64,000 nt of DNA from Lepidodermella squamata. Taxonomy: Eukaryota; Animalia; Gastrotricha. The stretch covers positions 2,356,001 to 2,420,000 of the forward strand of contig JBLDXI010000033.1 of assembly GCA_047495785.1 (NCBI GenBank), in the 5' to 3' direction. Positions within the stretch are counted from its first letter, which is position 1; every line of letters begins with the position of its first letter. This document shows, piece after piece, positions 63,622 to 64,000 of this stretch. The notes below the pieces were generated by a model. That model did not search any database and was not told where the DNA came from. It saw only the letters and a program-made list of their open reading frames with translations. The translations under genes were made by a program, and so were the position numbers.

Positions 63622-64000
63622 AAATTCTAAAGAAAAACGAAAACACAAGTCAACCAACCGGAACAACAAGGTAGAAGTGTATTTTATTTAGTTTGAATAA
63701 ATTTTTGTTATAGTGATATAATTAATAGCTATCAACTAGTACTTCATCGAGGCAATAATTTGTAGAATATTCATAATAAACGTATTATTACTTTGAGCAG
63801 GCTGATAAGTTTAACAGTTTGTTAATAAAGAGTTTTCCACAGTATGAAAAAGCGAAAGACGCCGCAAAATTGGCAACTTGACCAGCAGAACCGGCGAGTT
63901 TTTTTACAAGGCATGAATTTGAAAAGATCAGCAAAAGCAGCTTATAAAACGATGAAAAACGAAAAGAGATACCAGGAAGTCGCATCGTTTGAGCTTGATG

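Noticed and set aside
63788-64000. Possible 3' end of an upstream minus-strand gene
   Set aside because: Too little sequence to establish frame or identity.
1-64000. CRISPR arrays, tRNA/rRNA genes, prokaryotic defence systems
   Set aside because: None seen; the window is intron-containing eukaryotic DNA.

Overview
Gene-dense eukaryotic (animal, invertebrate-like) genomic DNA with very short GT-AG introns (mostly ~45-60 nt); the species cannot be assigned from sequence alone. From left to right: the end of a CMC/EnSpm-like DNA transposon (transposase plus C2H2 gene); myosin regulatory light chain; a compact huntingtin without N-terminal polyQ; MTG1; an orphan mitochondrial-like gene; RPLP0; NDUFS4; COPB2; an ankyrin gene; a non-autonomous Tc1/mariner element; three co-oriented secreted-protein genes (one PAN/apple-like and two paralogues of an unrecognised furin-processed family, one with mucin and two C-type lectin domains); EPS15; PPCS; ALG1; FCHO; IDI1; MRPL13; a divergent GluN3-like receptor; and PIF1. 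The most notable signals are: (1) the unrecognised secreted paralogue pair; (2) operon-like packing, with unpaired splice acceptors suggesting SL trans-splicing, including an FCHO-ALG1-PPCS-EPS15 run that links two endocytic partners; (3) three copies of one C/D-box snoRNA in that run; (4) a seemingly deeply conserved RPLP0 5'UTR motif and an atypical P0 C-terminus; (5) a duplicated MTG1/ankyrin tail-to-tail junction with reciprocal loss and a new palindrome. Exon boundaries were read by eye, and homology calls come from recalled motifs, not database searches.
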